A DNA stretch of 64,000 bases from Candidatus Acidiferrales bacterium (GTDB lineage: Bacteria > Acidobacteriota > Terriglobia > Acidiferrales > UBA7541), in assembly GCA_963836965.1 (NCBI GenBank), contig CAWILQ010000023.1:57797-121796 (forward strand), given 5' to 3'. Position numbers and translations under genes: made by a program. Position 1 is the first letter of the stretch; the number at the start of each line of letters is the position of its first letter. Below, piece after piece: positions 35,300 through 45,657 of this stretch. The notes beneath the pieces are model-generated. The model saw nothing but the letters and a program-made list of their open reading frames with translations, made no database searches and was not told where the DNA came from.

Positions 35300-35677
35300 G
35301 TGAGCGACACGCACTGCTTTCCTTATGAAACCCGGTTGAATGTTTTTTATAAGCCTTTGGAGATTGTCGAAGAAAAGAAGCTCGCCGATGAGTGCGCGTT
35401 TCAGTGGTACAACCAGACGTTGTGTCAGGTGAACGGCTCCGTGGTGCGACTGGGCGTTTTTCTCGGTGAATACCATTGGCACAAGCACGAAGAAGATGAC
35501 GAGTTTTTCTATGTGATCGAGGGGCAACTTTTGATCGATCTCGAAGGCCGCACCGTAAGCCTGAATCCGAGGCAGGGTTTTGTCGTTCCGAAAGCCGTTA
35601 TGCATCGCACGCGCGCTCCGGAGCGCACCGTGGTTCTCATGGTGGAAAATGCAGGGATCATTCCTACGGGCAGCTGA
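35300..35677 (+). CDS. cupin domain protein
   Basis: GEYHWHKHEEDDEFFYVIEG, VVPKAVMHRT; AGGAGG RBS before GTG. Confidence 0.88.
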   Translation: MSDTHCFPYETRLNVFYKPLEIVEEKKLADECAFQWYNQTLCQVNGSVVRLGVFLGEYHWHKHEEDDEFFYVIEGQLLIDLEGRTVSLNPRQGFVVPKAVMHRTRAPERTVVLMVENAGIIPTGS

Positions 35678-35849
35678 GATTTTCGCACGTTATTGTTTGG
35701 CGTAGCGGCGGGAGAAGGAGCTGATTGTCTGCGAGTGGCTGTGGAGCGCCAGAGCGAAGGTGAAGCAGACCAGAGTGGCCGAACGGCAAGGCGAAGTTTT
35801 ATTGGAGCGCTCCCTTAGGCGAGAGTTGAGGTCCGTTATCCTACAACGC

Positions 35850-36335
35850 CTAGCTGCCGCTGGCGCCTTTGTCGTAAGGCAAGCCCTTGCCAACCCAATC
35901 CACCGCAAAGCTGTCGGGAAGAATCAGGAGGCGCAAGCTTGTGAAGCCCATCTCGCGCAGCGCGATGAACGCCGGACGGATATTCGGACAGTTTTCCATC
36001 GGGCAACAACCACAGTAGATGACCAAGTTCGTCGAGCGGGGAAGCGAGTTGGCCCATTTCTTGATTTCCGCCAGACCCCCGGCGTTGCCTCCGGTCCCGT
36101 GATATTCCGCGCCTTTAATGTGTCCTGCGGCGTACAAGCGCTGAAAGCCGACGAACAAAACGGTGGGCGCGGATTTTTCAGCCATTTCCTTCGCGAGGTC
36201 TGCTGGCTGAACGCTCTGCGGCACCGTCCAAGGCTCCGTGGAAGTTGGCGATTGAGCAAGAACGAGAAGCGGTAGACCAACGAGAAATAGCGAGGACGCT
36301 GCAAGCAAAGCGCGAATCGGACGGCGCGACGACAT
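35850..36335 (-). CDS. exported rhodanese-like domain protein
   Basis: Signal peptide; YAAGHIKGA, LVIYCGCCPMENCPN, W..KGLP. Confidence 0.8.
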   Translation of the reverse strand: MSSRRPIRALLAASSLFLVGLPLLVLAQSPTSTEPWTVPQSVQPADLAKEMAEKSAPTVLFVGFQRLYAAGHIKGAEYHGTGGNAGGLAEIKKWANSLPRSTNLVIYCGCCPMENCPNIRPAFIALREMGFTSLRLLILPDSFAVDWVGKGLPYDKGASGS

Positions 36336-36384
36336 TATCAAACCTCCGAGAAAACCCTGACGCTTATTGTAGTCCCCCAAAGGT

Positions 36385-36822
36385 TCACCGCTGGCCGGAA
36401 GGGGCGCGAGTGAAGCGCAGCGGCTTATCGAACCCCTCCGAATAAATAAGAAGGTACGGATCTTGGTAAGCGTAGCTGACGGCGGCGCCCAATGCCTTGA
36501 GGTAGGTGTCTTCCTGCTTGCTTACGTCGCCATCCACGCACGCCATGCGTGTCGACGCCAATGGCCCCATCTTCAGAGCGTCACTGGTAATCACCACCGT
36601 TCCGGTAAAACGATTGCACGAACCATTCCCCGCCACTCTGCCGGCATCGGTGAACACCAGGGTTGCCTTGCCGCCGGGAAGGGCGGGAGTTCCGGCAAGA
36701 TCAACAAGCATCCATTCGGTTCCCGGCAGAGATAAGGGTAAGGAAACAGCTTTAGGAGGATTTATGGTTTGCTTGTTCGACGAGGCACAAGAACAAAGGA
36801 GAAGAACGATTAAACCAAGCAT
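36385..36822 (-). CDS. META domain (HslJ-like) lipoprotein
   Basis: Lipobox LCSC; W.L..L.G, GNGSCNRF, PLASTRMAC. Confidence 0.85.
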   Translation of the reverse strand: MLGLIVLLLCSCASSNKQTINPPKAVSLPLSLPGTEWMLVDLAGTPALPGGKATLVFTDAGRVAGNGSCNRFTGTVVITSDALKMGPLASTRMACVDGDVSKQEDTYLKALGAAVSYAYQDPYLLIYSEGFDKPLRFTRAPSGQR

Positions 36823-36869
36823 TAGAGCGGAGCACGATTTCACGGAGATTCCTTGAGCAAGAGAGAAAT

Positions 36870-37127
36870 TCAAGCGGGCTTCCTACGGATAAACATTCGG
36901 TAGAGAAACAACAGCAGGATCGCGTCTAACACCGACATGATGAATCCCGGCGATCGTCCTTCCCGATACCAGCCGATCATGCGACCAAGATAGCTGGCGA
37001 TAAACGAGCCCGCGAGCCCGAGGAGTGTAGTTACGATCCAGCCGCCGGGATCCTTTCCTGGCATAAGGAGCTTGGCGACCGCGCCGACGGTTAAACCGAC
37101 CAAGGCGGTCCAAAGAAGACTGAACAT
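36870..37127 (-). CDS. GlsB/YeaQ/YmgE family membrane protein
   Basis: GAVAKLLMPGKDPGG..TTLLGLAGS; AGGAG RBS. Confidence 0.9.
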   Translation of the reverse strand: MFSLLWTALVGLTVGAVAKLLMPGKDPGGWIVTTLLGLAGSFIASYLGRMIGWYREGRSPGFIMSVLDAILLLFLYRMFIRRKPA

Positions 37128-37254
37128 AAGCAAACTCCTTCACGAAATCTGTTCACGACCTGAAGTTTGAACGGTTCCGGCAACGGAAGGGCGGAAATAC
37201 TTCAATTACGGGAGTGACTATATTCCAGTTCGAGCGGCAAACGCAATGACAGGC

Positions 37255-38229
37255 TTATTGCTTCTGCGCGGCGCGGGTGCGAACCAGTTTAGCGGCGGTG
37301 GTGCGCAGGGTTTCCGGGACATTCTTGTTCATAGAGAGTTTCTTCAGGTCCGCGGCGTTCAGCATGGGCAACATATGCAGAGTCACATCCAGCGGGCATT
37401 TGGGATTGTTCATCAGATTTCGCACGACGACATAGTTCTTGCGGAAATTGCGATTGCCGGCCATCAGGCGAAGAATTTCATCCGTAAGATTAGCCATTGC
37501 CGCAAACGATTCGACTTCCTGATCGGTGAGGCGCGGAGATTGCAGCACCGCCCGCTGGACCACTTTGTTGGAGTCTCGAATCAGAGTGCGGCGCGCGTCG
37601 GAGGCGCCCTTCATGGCAAACTGGACCCGTTGCGCGACCGTCATTTTAGCGATCTGTTGAAGGAGGGTTTGCCTTTTCTGCACATCGGGTTCCGCTTCCG
37701 CGGCGGCGTCGGCGAGATGTTTAAGGTCATCAGGAACCGAAGTGCCGCCCAATTCACGAAGGGTGTTTTTCTGATCCGCAGTCAGATTTGTGGAATGTTC
37801 GAGGGTTGCGGCGAGTGTGTGCGAGGCGGAAACACGATCGAGTTCGTCCATCAGCCCTTGAACCTGTGCGGCCGATAAAAGCGGTACGATTGGCACCAGG
37901 TGTTCTCCGGCGCAATTGCGATTCGCCAGCATGGCTTCGACGACTGCGGCATTCTTTCCGAGATTCTTTCCGGCATAGGCAAACAGGGCTGGCAAGGCAT
38001 TTTCGCGATTCAGCGCCCTTACAAAAACCTCCGGTGCAGTGGACAGCAGAGCCTGTTCCGCGCGTTCCGCGATCATTTCATCGTGATCGTGAGTCAATAC
38101 GGCGAGAATCTCGACGCGTTCAGAGAGAGGAATGTGCGCGCCGCCCGAACCGCATACGGCAAGTTTGCGCTCGCGCGGAGCGCGGCCGTGCCGCAAATCT
38201 TCCATGACTTCAACGCTGAGAGTTTCCAC
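37255..38229 (-). CDS. conserved hypothetical alpha-helical protein
   Basis: 324 aa frame; C-terminal ARRTLIRDSNKVV..AVLQSPRLT..EV..NP..P repeat-like region. Confidence 0.75.
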   Translation of the reverse strand: METLSVEVMEDLRHGRAPRERKLAVCGSGGAHIPLSERVEILAVLTHDHDEMIAERAEQALLSTAPEVFVRALNRENALPALFAYAGKNLGKNAAVVEAMLANRNCAGEHLVPIVPLLSAAQVQGLMDELDRVSASHTLAATLEHSTNLTADQKNTLRELGGTSVPDDLKHLADAAAEAEPDVQKRQTLLQQIAKMTVAQRVQFAMKGASDARRTLIRDSNKVVQRAVLQSPRLTDQEVESFAAMANLTDEILRLMAGNRNFRKNYVVVRNLMNNPKCPLDVTLHMLPMLNAADLKKLSMNKNVPETLRTTAAKLVRTRAAQKQ

Positions 38230-38288
38230 CGGAGACCTGCCTTCAAATCATCTTCATTCATCCTCATTGTACCGGACGAACACCGCGT

Positions 38289-38801
38289 CTATGCGAAAGC
38301 GTGATTTGCCCGTTCAATTCCAGCAATAGGCGGGTGAATGCGAACCGTCGGCGGTGCGTGCCGGTTTTGCGACAGGAGGGAACTGGCCGTCGGCGCCTGC
38401 TGAGCCTTCCGCGGCGAAGCAAAGTGCCTCCAGGTGAAAAACGCTCCGACGATGATCACAAGAAGCAAGAGAAGGGCGCCGAGGATAAACCATACGGGTT
38501 TCCACCTCGGAGACGATAAGGACATTTCCGCTTCCGGGTGGACATCGGCGGGGGGAACCTGTGTACCATGGGCGACGTCGTACTCTCCGAGCAGCGCTTC
38601 CTCATTCAAACCGAGATAGCGCGCAATGGCACGCACGAAACCTCGATTGAATACGCCGCCCGGCAGCTTTTCCCAATCCTCATTTTCGAGGGCTTCCAGA
38701 AAACGAGGCCCGATGCGAGTGGCGGAGGTGATCTCCTCCAACGTCACCTCTCGCAATTCCCGTTCACGTTTGAGGCGTACCCCGAAATTTCCCTTGGCCA
38801 T
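38289..38801 (-). CDS. RodZ-like helix-turn-helix membrane protein
   Basis: FGVRLKRERE, LEALENE.W..LPGGVFNRGFVRAIA.YLGL, single TM. Confidence 0.85.
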   Translation of the reverse strand: MAKGNFGVRLKRERELREVTLEEITSATRIGPRFLEALENEDWEKLPGGVFNRGFVRAIARYLGLNEEALLGEYDVAHGTQVPPADVHPEAEMSLSSPRWKPVWFILGALLLLLVIIVGAFFTWRHFASPRKAQQAPTASSLLSQNRHAPPTVRIHPPIAGIERANHAFA

Positions 38802-38905
38802 GCCCTCTGCTCACACGAAACCCAGTGTATCAGCACTGGCCGGAATTGGGCGTGCCGGTGCGCTCTTGCCCAATGCGGATGCAAATCCATTTTAGGTGCT
38901 TGCCG

Positions 38906-41143
38906 CTAACGCGATGCAGCGGCCTCGGGGTATAACCGCTCGAATTCCGGGTCGCCGTGGAGGAGCGAAAGGTCCGGATCTCGGCGAGCCCAGATGGAAT
39001 CCTTGAAGCCAGCTTCCCAAGCCTTTCGCAATGCGTCCAAAGCCTCGGCCTTTGTTTTCAGGAGGCAATAATTACAAGCGGCGTTGTAGAGAATTGAAGC
39101 CTCGTTTGCGCGCAGAGTCATCGCCAGATTCGTTTCCCGCATGGCGTCTTCGACGCGATTCAATTCCGCGTAATCTCCGCCGAGAAGAATGCGGGCCCGG
39201 GCGTCCTCCGGCACTTGCTTCAAATGGTTCTCCAGAGCTGCCACGCGTCGCAACATAACGTTGCGCCTTACTTCTTGTTTGCCGAGCGCACCGAGCGCGT
39301 TCATTACCGGCACGTACACGTTGTAATCTTCACCGCTGGCCTCGAGCGCGGTCTCAAAAATGTCCAAAACTTCCTGATATCGCCCTGCCGAAAAGAGCGC
39401 GCGACACAACAGATAGTAAGCGCCCTCGCAATCCTTCTTGCGCTCGATGGCTTTTTGCACCATTCGGACGGCTTCGTCATGCAAATCGGTGGCGTACAGC
39501 ACCCAGGCCTGGCTGACCTGTACTTCCGGCAAATCCCACCGCAAGGCCACCGCCCTCCCGGATGCGTTGCGGGCCCGCTCTACCCAGACCACATCCCGGC
39601 TGTAATTGCAATAAAACATGGCGCACGCGTTAGCGCAGGCGGCATACGCGAGCGCGAAGCTCGGGTCCATGGCCACCGCGTTTTCGAACATCTGTAGCGC
39701 AAACTCCAGATCCTGGCGAGTCTGCCGCCGGGCGTAGCGCTTTCCGCGAAGGTACAAATCGTACGCCTGCAAATTCTCCGTCGGTTTAATGGCCAGCGCT
39801 TCGAGTTCTTGTGGAGAAAGTGTCACACGCAAAGCTTCGGCGATTTTGCGCGCAATCTCGTCCTGGACCTCGAAGACATCCTTCATTTCGCGATCGTAGC
39901 GTTCGCTCCACAGCGGAAAATCCGTGCTGGTGTCCACGAGTTGCGTGGTGATGCGCAGACGGTTGCCCGAACGGCGCAAACTGCCTGTCAAAGCATAGGC
40001 CGCCTTCAACTGCTGGCCGACTTGCGCGGGAGTCACTTGCTTGTCGCGGAACGCCAGCACCGTCGGCCGCGAAAAGGTGTTCAGGCCTCGAATCTTGGAG
40101 AGCTCAGTGATGATGTCCTCGGTGATGCCGTCCCGAAGATATTCGTCCTCGCGAACGCCGCTCAGGTTTTCGAAATAGAGCACCGCCACGGATTTGGTGT
40201 TTGACTTGGTGAGTGTAGATTTTGTGTCCGTCAGTTCCGCGGCGCGCTTGCTGCCGGATTCCAAATCCCGTTTCAGGCGGGTGAGGTCGGTCTTGAGTTC
40301 GGTCGCCGACTGACACCGAAGCGTCCGGTCCTTCTCCAGGAGCTTCGACAAGATTCGGCCAAAGTCCGGCGGCAGTAGGGGATTCAGTTCCAAAACTGGG
40401 GCAGGTTCACGATTCAGAATTGCGTCAAACACCATTGCGGAAGTCTCACCGCGGAAGGGGAGCATGCCACCGGCCATTTGATAGAGCACCGTGCCCAGAG
40501 AAAACAGGTCCGTTCGGGCGTCTACAAGCTGTCCTCGTGTCTGCTCCGGCGACATATAGGAGACCGTGCCCATGGCCGAGCCGGGCGAAGTCAAATCCGC
40601 GCCAATCATGGTGTCCATCTTCGAGGGAGTCGAGCCCGACTCTGGAATTTCCGCTTGCTCAATCTTGGCGAGCCCAAAATCGAGCACCTTGACCTGGCCG
40701 CGGTCCGTCAAAAAAAGATTGGCCGGCTTGATATCGCGATGGACAATACCTTTCGCGTGAGCCGATTCCAACGCGTCCGCGATCTGGATGCCGATCGGCA
40801 ACAGTTTGTCCATCACAAATGGCTGGCGCGTCATTAGTTGACTCAACGTCTGTCCTTCCAGAAGCTCCATCACCAGGAAGTTCCGGTTTCCAAGTTGCTC
40901 TATCGCGTGAATGGTGCAGATATTCGGATGATTCAGCGCCGAAGCGGCGCGCGCTTCTCTCTGGAAGCGCTCAATCAGCTGGCTGTCCTGGGCCATGGCG
41001 TCGGGTAGAAATTTGAGCGCTACACGACGCCCGAGGCGGGAGTCTTCGGCCTCATACACCACACCCATGCCACCGCTTCCCAGCTTTCGTGTGACCTTGT
41101 AATGCGTAATGGTTTGTCCGACCAGAGAATCCGAACCGGCCAT
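38906..41143 (-). CDS. Ser/Thr protein kinase with TolB-like and TPR domains
   Basis: [29 protein letters not shown]; [11 protein letters not shown]; TPRs; C-terminal YNAACNY..D.D...L. Confidence 0.92.
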   Translation of the reverse strand: MAGSDSLVGQTITHYKVTRKLGSGGMGVVYEAEDSRLGRRVALKFLPDAMAQDSQLIERFQREARAASALNHPNICTIHAIEQLGNRNFLVMELLEGQTLSQLMTRQPFVMDKLLPIGIQIADALESAHAKGIVHRDIKPANLFLTDRGQVKVLDFGLAKIEQAEIPESGSTPSKMDTMIGADLTSPGSAMGTVSYMSPEQTRGQLVDARTDLFSLGTVLYQMAGGMLPFRGETSAMVFDAILNREPAPVLELNPLLPPDFGRILSKLLEKDRTLRCQSATELKTDLTRLKRDLESGSKRAAELTDTKSTLTKSNTKSVAVLYFENLSGVREDEYLRDGITEDIITELSKIRGLNTFSRPTVLAFRDKQVTPAQVGQQLKAAYALTGSLRRSGNRLRITTQLVDTSTDFPLWSERYDREMKDVFEVQDEIARKIAEALRVTLSPQELEALAIKPTENLQAYDLYLRGKRYARRQTRQDLEFALQMFENAVAMDPSFALAYAACANACAMFYCNYSRDVVWVERARNASGRAVALRWDLPEVQVSQAWVLYATDLHDEAVRMVQKAIERKKDCEGAYYLLCRALFSAGRYQEVLDIFETALEASGEDYNVYVPVMNALGALGKQEVRRNVMLRRVAALENHLKQVPEDARARILLGGDYAELNRVEDAMRETNLAMTLRANEASILYNAACNYCLLKTKAEALDALRKAWEAGFKDSIWARRDPDLSLLHGDPEFERLYPEAAASR

Positions 41144-41152
41144 GGCCGTTTG

Positions 41153-41181
41153 ATACTAGACTGCGCCTCCGCAACGGTCAA
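41153..41181 (-). promoter_or_regulatory. sigma70-like promoter of the kinase gene
   Basis: TTGACC-17 nt-TAGTAT, 9 nt upstream of ATG 41143. Confidence 0.5.
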
Positions 41182-41352
41182 GGCGCTCCCGGACCGATGG
41201 CAAGAACGTTACGCCTGTACCACGTCTGGGTTGCGCAGGATTTTCGGAGGCGCCTATACTGACGGAACTGGCAGGGACGGGTGTGTACGTTCAGAAGCGG
41301 GAATATTTGTGCAGGACTTTGAGTTTGTCATCATCCGGAGGAACGTGCTCTC

Positions 41353-42489
41353 GTGAGCCTTGACGAAATCAAACAGTTTCCGACGGTAGAACGCCGCCGG
41401 AACGTGGGTGTGCCAGGGGAACGACGCGAAGCTGGGGAAATAGCGGTCTTCCAGGAATTGGGGAAGGCACTGACCTCATCGCTGCAGCTCGATCAGGTGC
41501 TGCGGACGATCATGGAAAAAATCGACGAGTTTTTGCGACCCGACAACTGGTCGCTGCTGCTGCTGGACGAAGCCAAGCAGGAATTGTACTTCGAACTGGC
41601 AGTGGGAAAGGCCTCGCAGGCTTTGAAAGATGTCCGGATCAAACTGGGGCAGGGGATTGCCGGCTGGGTTGCGCAACATGGCGAAGTGGTGATCGTGCCG
41701 GACACCGCCAAGGACACGCGTTTCTTCGGCAAAGTCGACGAAAAAACAAAAATGGAGACGCGGTCCATTGTGGCTGTACCGGTAAAGTTTCGCGATACCT
41801 GCCTTGGGGTCATTGAGCTGATCAACTGCGTCGGCATCGAAGGGTTCGATCCGCGTGATTTGAAACTGCTTGAAGCCCTTTCGGACTTTGCCGCGATCGC
41901 CTTGGAAAATGCGCGGCACGTGAAGCGCATTCACGAATTGACCATTAAAGACGACTGCACTTCGCTTTATAACGCGCGCCACATGGGCTTTATTCTCGAT
42001 ACGGAAATCTACCGGTCGCAGCGGTACAACTACGAATTTTCGATTGTTTTCATCGATCTCGATCACTTCAAGCAAGTAAACGACACGCATGGCCACCTGG
42101 TCGGATCGCGGCTCCTGGGGGAAATGGGCGAGGCGCTGAAAGGCAATTGCCGGTTGATCGATTTTGCGTTTCGCTATGGCGGCGACGAATTCGTCATTCT
42201 GCTGCCGCAAACGTCGAAAGACAATGCCATCAACGTGGCACGCCGGTTGCACAAATTGATTCGCGAGACGGTGTGGTTGAAAAACGAAGGGCTGAACATC
42301 CAGATCACGCCAAGCATGGGCTTGGCCGCCTACCCGGTGGACTCCAAGACAAAAGAGGGTTTATTGCACCTGGCAGATGAAGCCATGTATCTGGTAAAGA
42401 ACACCAATCGCGACAATGTAGCCGCAGCGAACATCGGCATTCTACCGGTCATGACCGCCGCAGAAGCCGCCGGTGAAGCCGCAGGCTGA
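41353..42489 (+). CDS. GAF-GGDEF diguanylate cyclase
   Basis: GAF (GIAGWVA, LGVIELIN) + DLDHFKQVNDTHGHLVG, RYGGDEF. Confidence 0.92.
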   Translation: MSLDEIKQFPTVERRRNVGVPGERREAGEIAVFQELGKALTSSLQLDQVLRTIMEKIDEFLRPDNWSLLLLDEAKQELYFELAVGKASQALKDVRIKLGQGIAGWVAQHGEVVIVPDTAKDTRFFGKVDEKTKMETRSIVAVPVKFRDTCLGVIELINCVGIEGFDPRDLKLLEALSDFAAIALENARHVKRIHELTIKDDCTSLYNARHMGFILDTEIYRSQRYNYEFSIVFIDLDHFKQVNDTHGHLVGSRLLGEMGEALKGNCRLIDFAFRYGGDEFVILLPQTSKDNAINVARRLHKLIRETVWLKNEGLNIQITPSMGLAAYPVDSKTKEGLLHLADEAMYLVKNTNRDNVAAANIGILPVMTAAEAAGEAAG

Positions 42490-42537
42490 CGAGTGCGCAG
42501 TGTGTACACCCGCCGGGAATTCTGATTAACTAAAAAT

Positions 42538-44865
42538 ATGAAGCGAAGTGAAGCCGCGCGTTACGCGAGCTGGTCTGCGCTAGCAGCCTTATTGCTTGCG
42601 TCGATCACCGGCGGAATTTACTTGCGCCGCCAATGGGTCGCGCATGTCGAGCGGAAGAAAGCCCCGCCGCCGCTAGCCGAAAATCAAGAGCGCCAATCGA
42701 TTGGATTGACGGTGTCCAAAGGCGAAGGCGATCGCACTGTATTTACGGTGCAGGCGTCGAAATCGACAGACCTCAAAGGGGCGGATATCAGCCTGTTGGA
42801 AGATGTGAAAGTGACGGTTTTCGGCAAGCAGGGCGACCGGCATGACGTGATCCACACCCAGAGTTGCCGATATGCCAAAGGGAACGGCGGGATCGAATGC
42901 AGCGGCGATGTGCAGTTCGACTTGGAAAGTGCCGCCGATGCGGCGCGAGCACAACTGGAAGGCGGCAAGCCGAATCTGATCCATGTCGAGACTAGCGGGG
43001 TGACGTTCAATGCCAAATCCGGCAAGGCCGCAACTCCGCAGCCCGTGGAATTTCAGATGCCAAACGGGGATGGTGAAGGTGTGGGTGCGACCTATCTTTC
43101 CGAAGACGGCATCCTGCGACTGGAAAAAGATGTGCGCGTGACACTGCGCGAGACTGGCGCTCTTGCTGTGGGGAAGAAGCAGGGCGCCCCTGCGAATGTC
43201 GTGCTGCGCGGTACGAGTATGGAAATGGGCAAGCAATCGAGGAAAGTGGTGCTTGCCGGACCGGCGACGGCAACGACTCCCACACAGGAGCTGAGCGCAG
43301 GGCAGTTGACGGTGCTGCTCGATGACGAGAATCGCGCGCAGACGCTCGTAGCTGAGCCCGGAAAATTGAATCAAACGCCGCAACTCGTGGCTCACGGCGG
43401 AAAAGGGCCAACCGGCGAAGGAAAACTGAGCGCGGACTTGATGACCGCGCAACTGGCCCCCGCAGGTTGGGTTCGCACGGTCGACGCCAAGGGTAATGTA
43501 CGAGGAAAATCGGAAAGCGGCGAGATGCAGGCGGACACCGCGAATGTGGAGATGTGGCCTGCGGTGGACCAGGCAAAACTTTTAACGCTGCGTGGCAATG
43601 TGCGCGTGAATCAGCGTGACCCGAAGACGCAAACGGAAAGGAGTCTGGTCACAAGCGTGCTGCAAATGAACTTTGCAGGCGGGAAACCCGGAGAGCCGAA
43701 CCCTGCGCAGCACGCGGAAACGCTAGCGCGGGGAACTATGGAGTGGAGCGACACACCCACTTCCCAATCCAAGCTGAGCGCGGACAAACTTGCCGTCGAT
43801 TTCGGCGCCGCTGGAAAAGCGAAGGACTTGATCGCAACCGGAAATGTTGAGACGCAACGGAAGATGGAACGAAAGCCGACGCAGATGGCAACCTCCACGA
43901 ACGGAGACGCGCTTCTGGACCCGGGAGGCGCTTGGACGCAGATGACCCTGCGTGGGAACGTTCATATGAAGGAAGGTGACCGTAGCGCCGAGGCGCATCA
44001 GGCGGTTTTTGAGCGTGTAGCACAGACGACGGTGTTAACCGGGCAAGCGGTGGTGCGCGATGAAAGCAGTGAGACTCGCGCTACGAAGATTACATTTCAT
44101 CAGGAGACAGGAGACATAGAGGCCGAAGGCAAGGTGCGGTCGACGGATCTTGGTACAAAACAAGGCGCCATCCAATTGAGTGCGGCGCCATCCAACGTGA
44201 CCGCCGAGCACATGATCGGTAATTCCAAGGTCGGTAGGGCTCTATACACGGGATACGCGCGATTGTGGCAAGGGCCATCGGTTCTGGAGGGCGACTCGAT
44301 CGAACTGCTGAGAGACACGCGGGTGCTGAACGCGAAAGGAAACGTGCGCGCCGTGTTTCCCAAGCAGGGGAACGACAGCAATGCCGGCAAGAGCAGTGAG
44401 GTCAACCACACGAAAGACAACAAAGATGTCGTGGTGTGGCACATCTCGTCGGGAACGCTTACCTATTGGGATTTGGAAAATCGCGCGCACCTCGAAAAGA
44501 ACGTTGTGGTGCAATCGCAAACGGAGCGAATGAGAGGGCCGGTGCTCGATTTGTACTTCACGCGCGAGCCGGACGGAAAAAACGTCAGCCAAGGAACATC
44601 CCAAGGGACATCGAAAATCAGCCGGGCGGTCGGAACTGGCGGAGTGGAAGTAGAGCAGGGCGACCGGCGAGGAACGGCAGATCAGGGTGTGTACACCGCG
44701 GCCGACGATAAATTCGTGCTGAGCGGCGGGACGCCCACACTTTATGATGAAAACGAAGGCAAAACGACGGGGCGTGAATTGACCTTCAATATTGCGGATG
44801 ATACGATCATCGTGGATTCAGGCTCTGGAAGGCGCACCTTGACCAGACATCGAGTCCAAAGATGA
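42538..44865 (+). CDS. LptC/LptA-like fused LPS transport protein
   Basis: N-terminal TM anchor, repeated beta-jellyroll segments (A.GNV, G.A.V, TGRELTF), directly upstream of lptB. Confidence 0.75.
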   Translation: MKRSEAARYASWSALAALLLASITGGIYLRRQWVAHVERKKAPPPLAENQERQSIGLTVSKGEGDRTVFTVQASKSTDLKGADISLLEDVKVTVFGKQGDRHDVIHTQSCRYAKGNGGIECSGDVQFDLESAADAARAQLEGGKPNLIHVETSGVTFNAKSGKAATPQPVEFQMPNGDGEGVGATYLSEDGILRLEKDVRVTLRETGALAVGKKQGAPANVVLRGTSMEMGKQSRKVVLAGPATATTPTQELSAGQLTVLLDDENRAQTLVAEPGKLNQTPQLVAHGGKGPTGEGKLSADLMTAQLAPAGWVRTVDAKGNVRGKSESGEMQADTANVEMWPAVDQAKLLTLRGNVRVNQRDPKTQTERSLVTSVLQMNFAGGKPGEPNPAQHAETLARGTMEWSDTPTSQSKLSADKLAVDFGAAGKAKDLIATGNVETQRKMERKPTQMATSTNGDALLDPGGAWTQMTLRGNVHMKEGDRSAEAHQAVFERVAQTTVLTGQAVVRDESSETRATKITFHQETGDIEAEGKVRSTDLGTKQGAIQLSAAPSNVTAEHMIGNSKVGRALYTGYARLWQGPSVLEGDSIELLRDTRVLNAKGNVRAVFPKQGNDSNAGKSSEVNHTKDNKDVVVWHISSGTLTYWDLENRAHLEKNVVVQSQTERMRGPVLDLYFTREPDGKNVSQGTSQGTSKISRAVGTGGVEVEQGDRRGTADQGVYTAADDKFVLSGGTPTLYDENEGKTTGRELTFNIADDTIIVDSGSGRRTLTRHRVQR

Positions 44866-44902
44866 TCCAGGGGACCGCCGCAGCGATCCCGCGTGAAGCG
44901 GA

Positions 44903-45628
44903 ATGCCCACACTCCAAGGCGTCGATCTCAGCAAGTCCTACCGGGGACGCAAAGTAGTAGATAACGTTGAAGTAGAAATTGGCCAGGGCGAAGTCGTAGG
45001 ACTGCTAGGTCCGAATGGCGCCGGCAAGACCACCACATTCTATATGATCGTCGGATTGGCGCGGCCGGATTCCGGGCGCGTCTTGTTGAATGGAGAAGAA
45101 ATTACCGACCTGCCGATGTATCTGCGAGCGAGAAGCGGAATCAGCTACTTGCCGCAGGAACCTTCCGTTTTCCGTCAACTGACCGGCGAGGAAAATCTTT
45201 TGGCGGTTCTGGAGACGTTACCACTGACGCCGGAACAGCAACGGGATCGGCTGGAAGAATTGTTGACGCAAATGGGCCTCGAAACCGTGCGGCACAGCAA
45301 GGCTTATATGCTTTCGGGTGGCGAACGACGAAGGCTGGAGATCGCGCGTTCACTCACACTACAGCCGTCATTCATCCTTCTGGACGAGCCGTTCTCGGGA
45401 ATTGACCCGTTGACGGTGAAGGATTTACAGGACCTCATCCGGGAATTGAGCCGTTCCGGCATTGGCGTTTTGATCACCGATCATAACGTCAGGGAAACAC
45501 TGAGCGTAACGGATCGCGCGTACATCGTAAATCGTGGGAAAATCATGAAGAAGGGCACGCCTCAGGAATTGAGCGGCGATGCCGAAGTGAGACGGATCTA
45601 TCTCGGAGATAACTTCCGGCTCAATTAG
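44903..45628 (+). CDS. lptB: LPS export ABC ATPase LptB
   Basis: [45 protein letters not shown]. Confidence 0.95.
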   Translation: MPTLQGVDLSKSYRGRKVVDNVEVEIGQGEVVGLLGPNGAGKTTTFYMIVGLARPDSGRVLLNGEEITDLPMYLRARSGISYLPQEPSVFRQLTGEENLLAVLETLPLTPEQQRDRLEELLTQMGLETVRHSKAYMLSGGERRRLEIARSLTLQPSFILLDEPFSGIDPLTVKDLQDLIRELSRSGIGVLITDHNVRETLSVTDRAYIVNRGKIMKKGTPQELSGDAEVRRIYLGDNFRLN

Positions 45629-45657
45629 GTCTATCCTAAGGCTTGGACGAACAGGCG

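Noticed and set aside
44589-44612. 12-bp imperfect tandem repeat (SQGTSQGTS) in the Lpt fusion
   Set aside because: Short in-frame loop duplication with no evidence of function.
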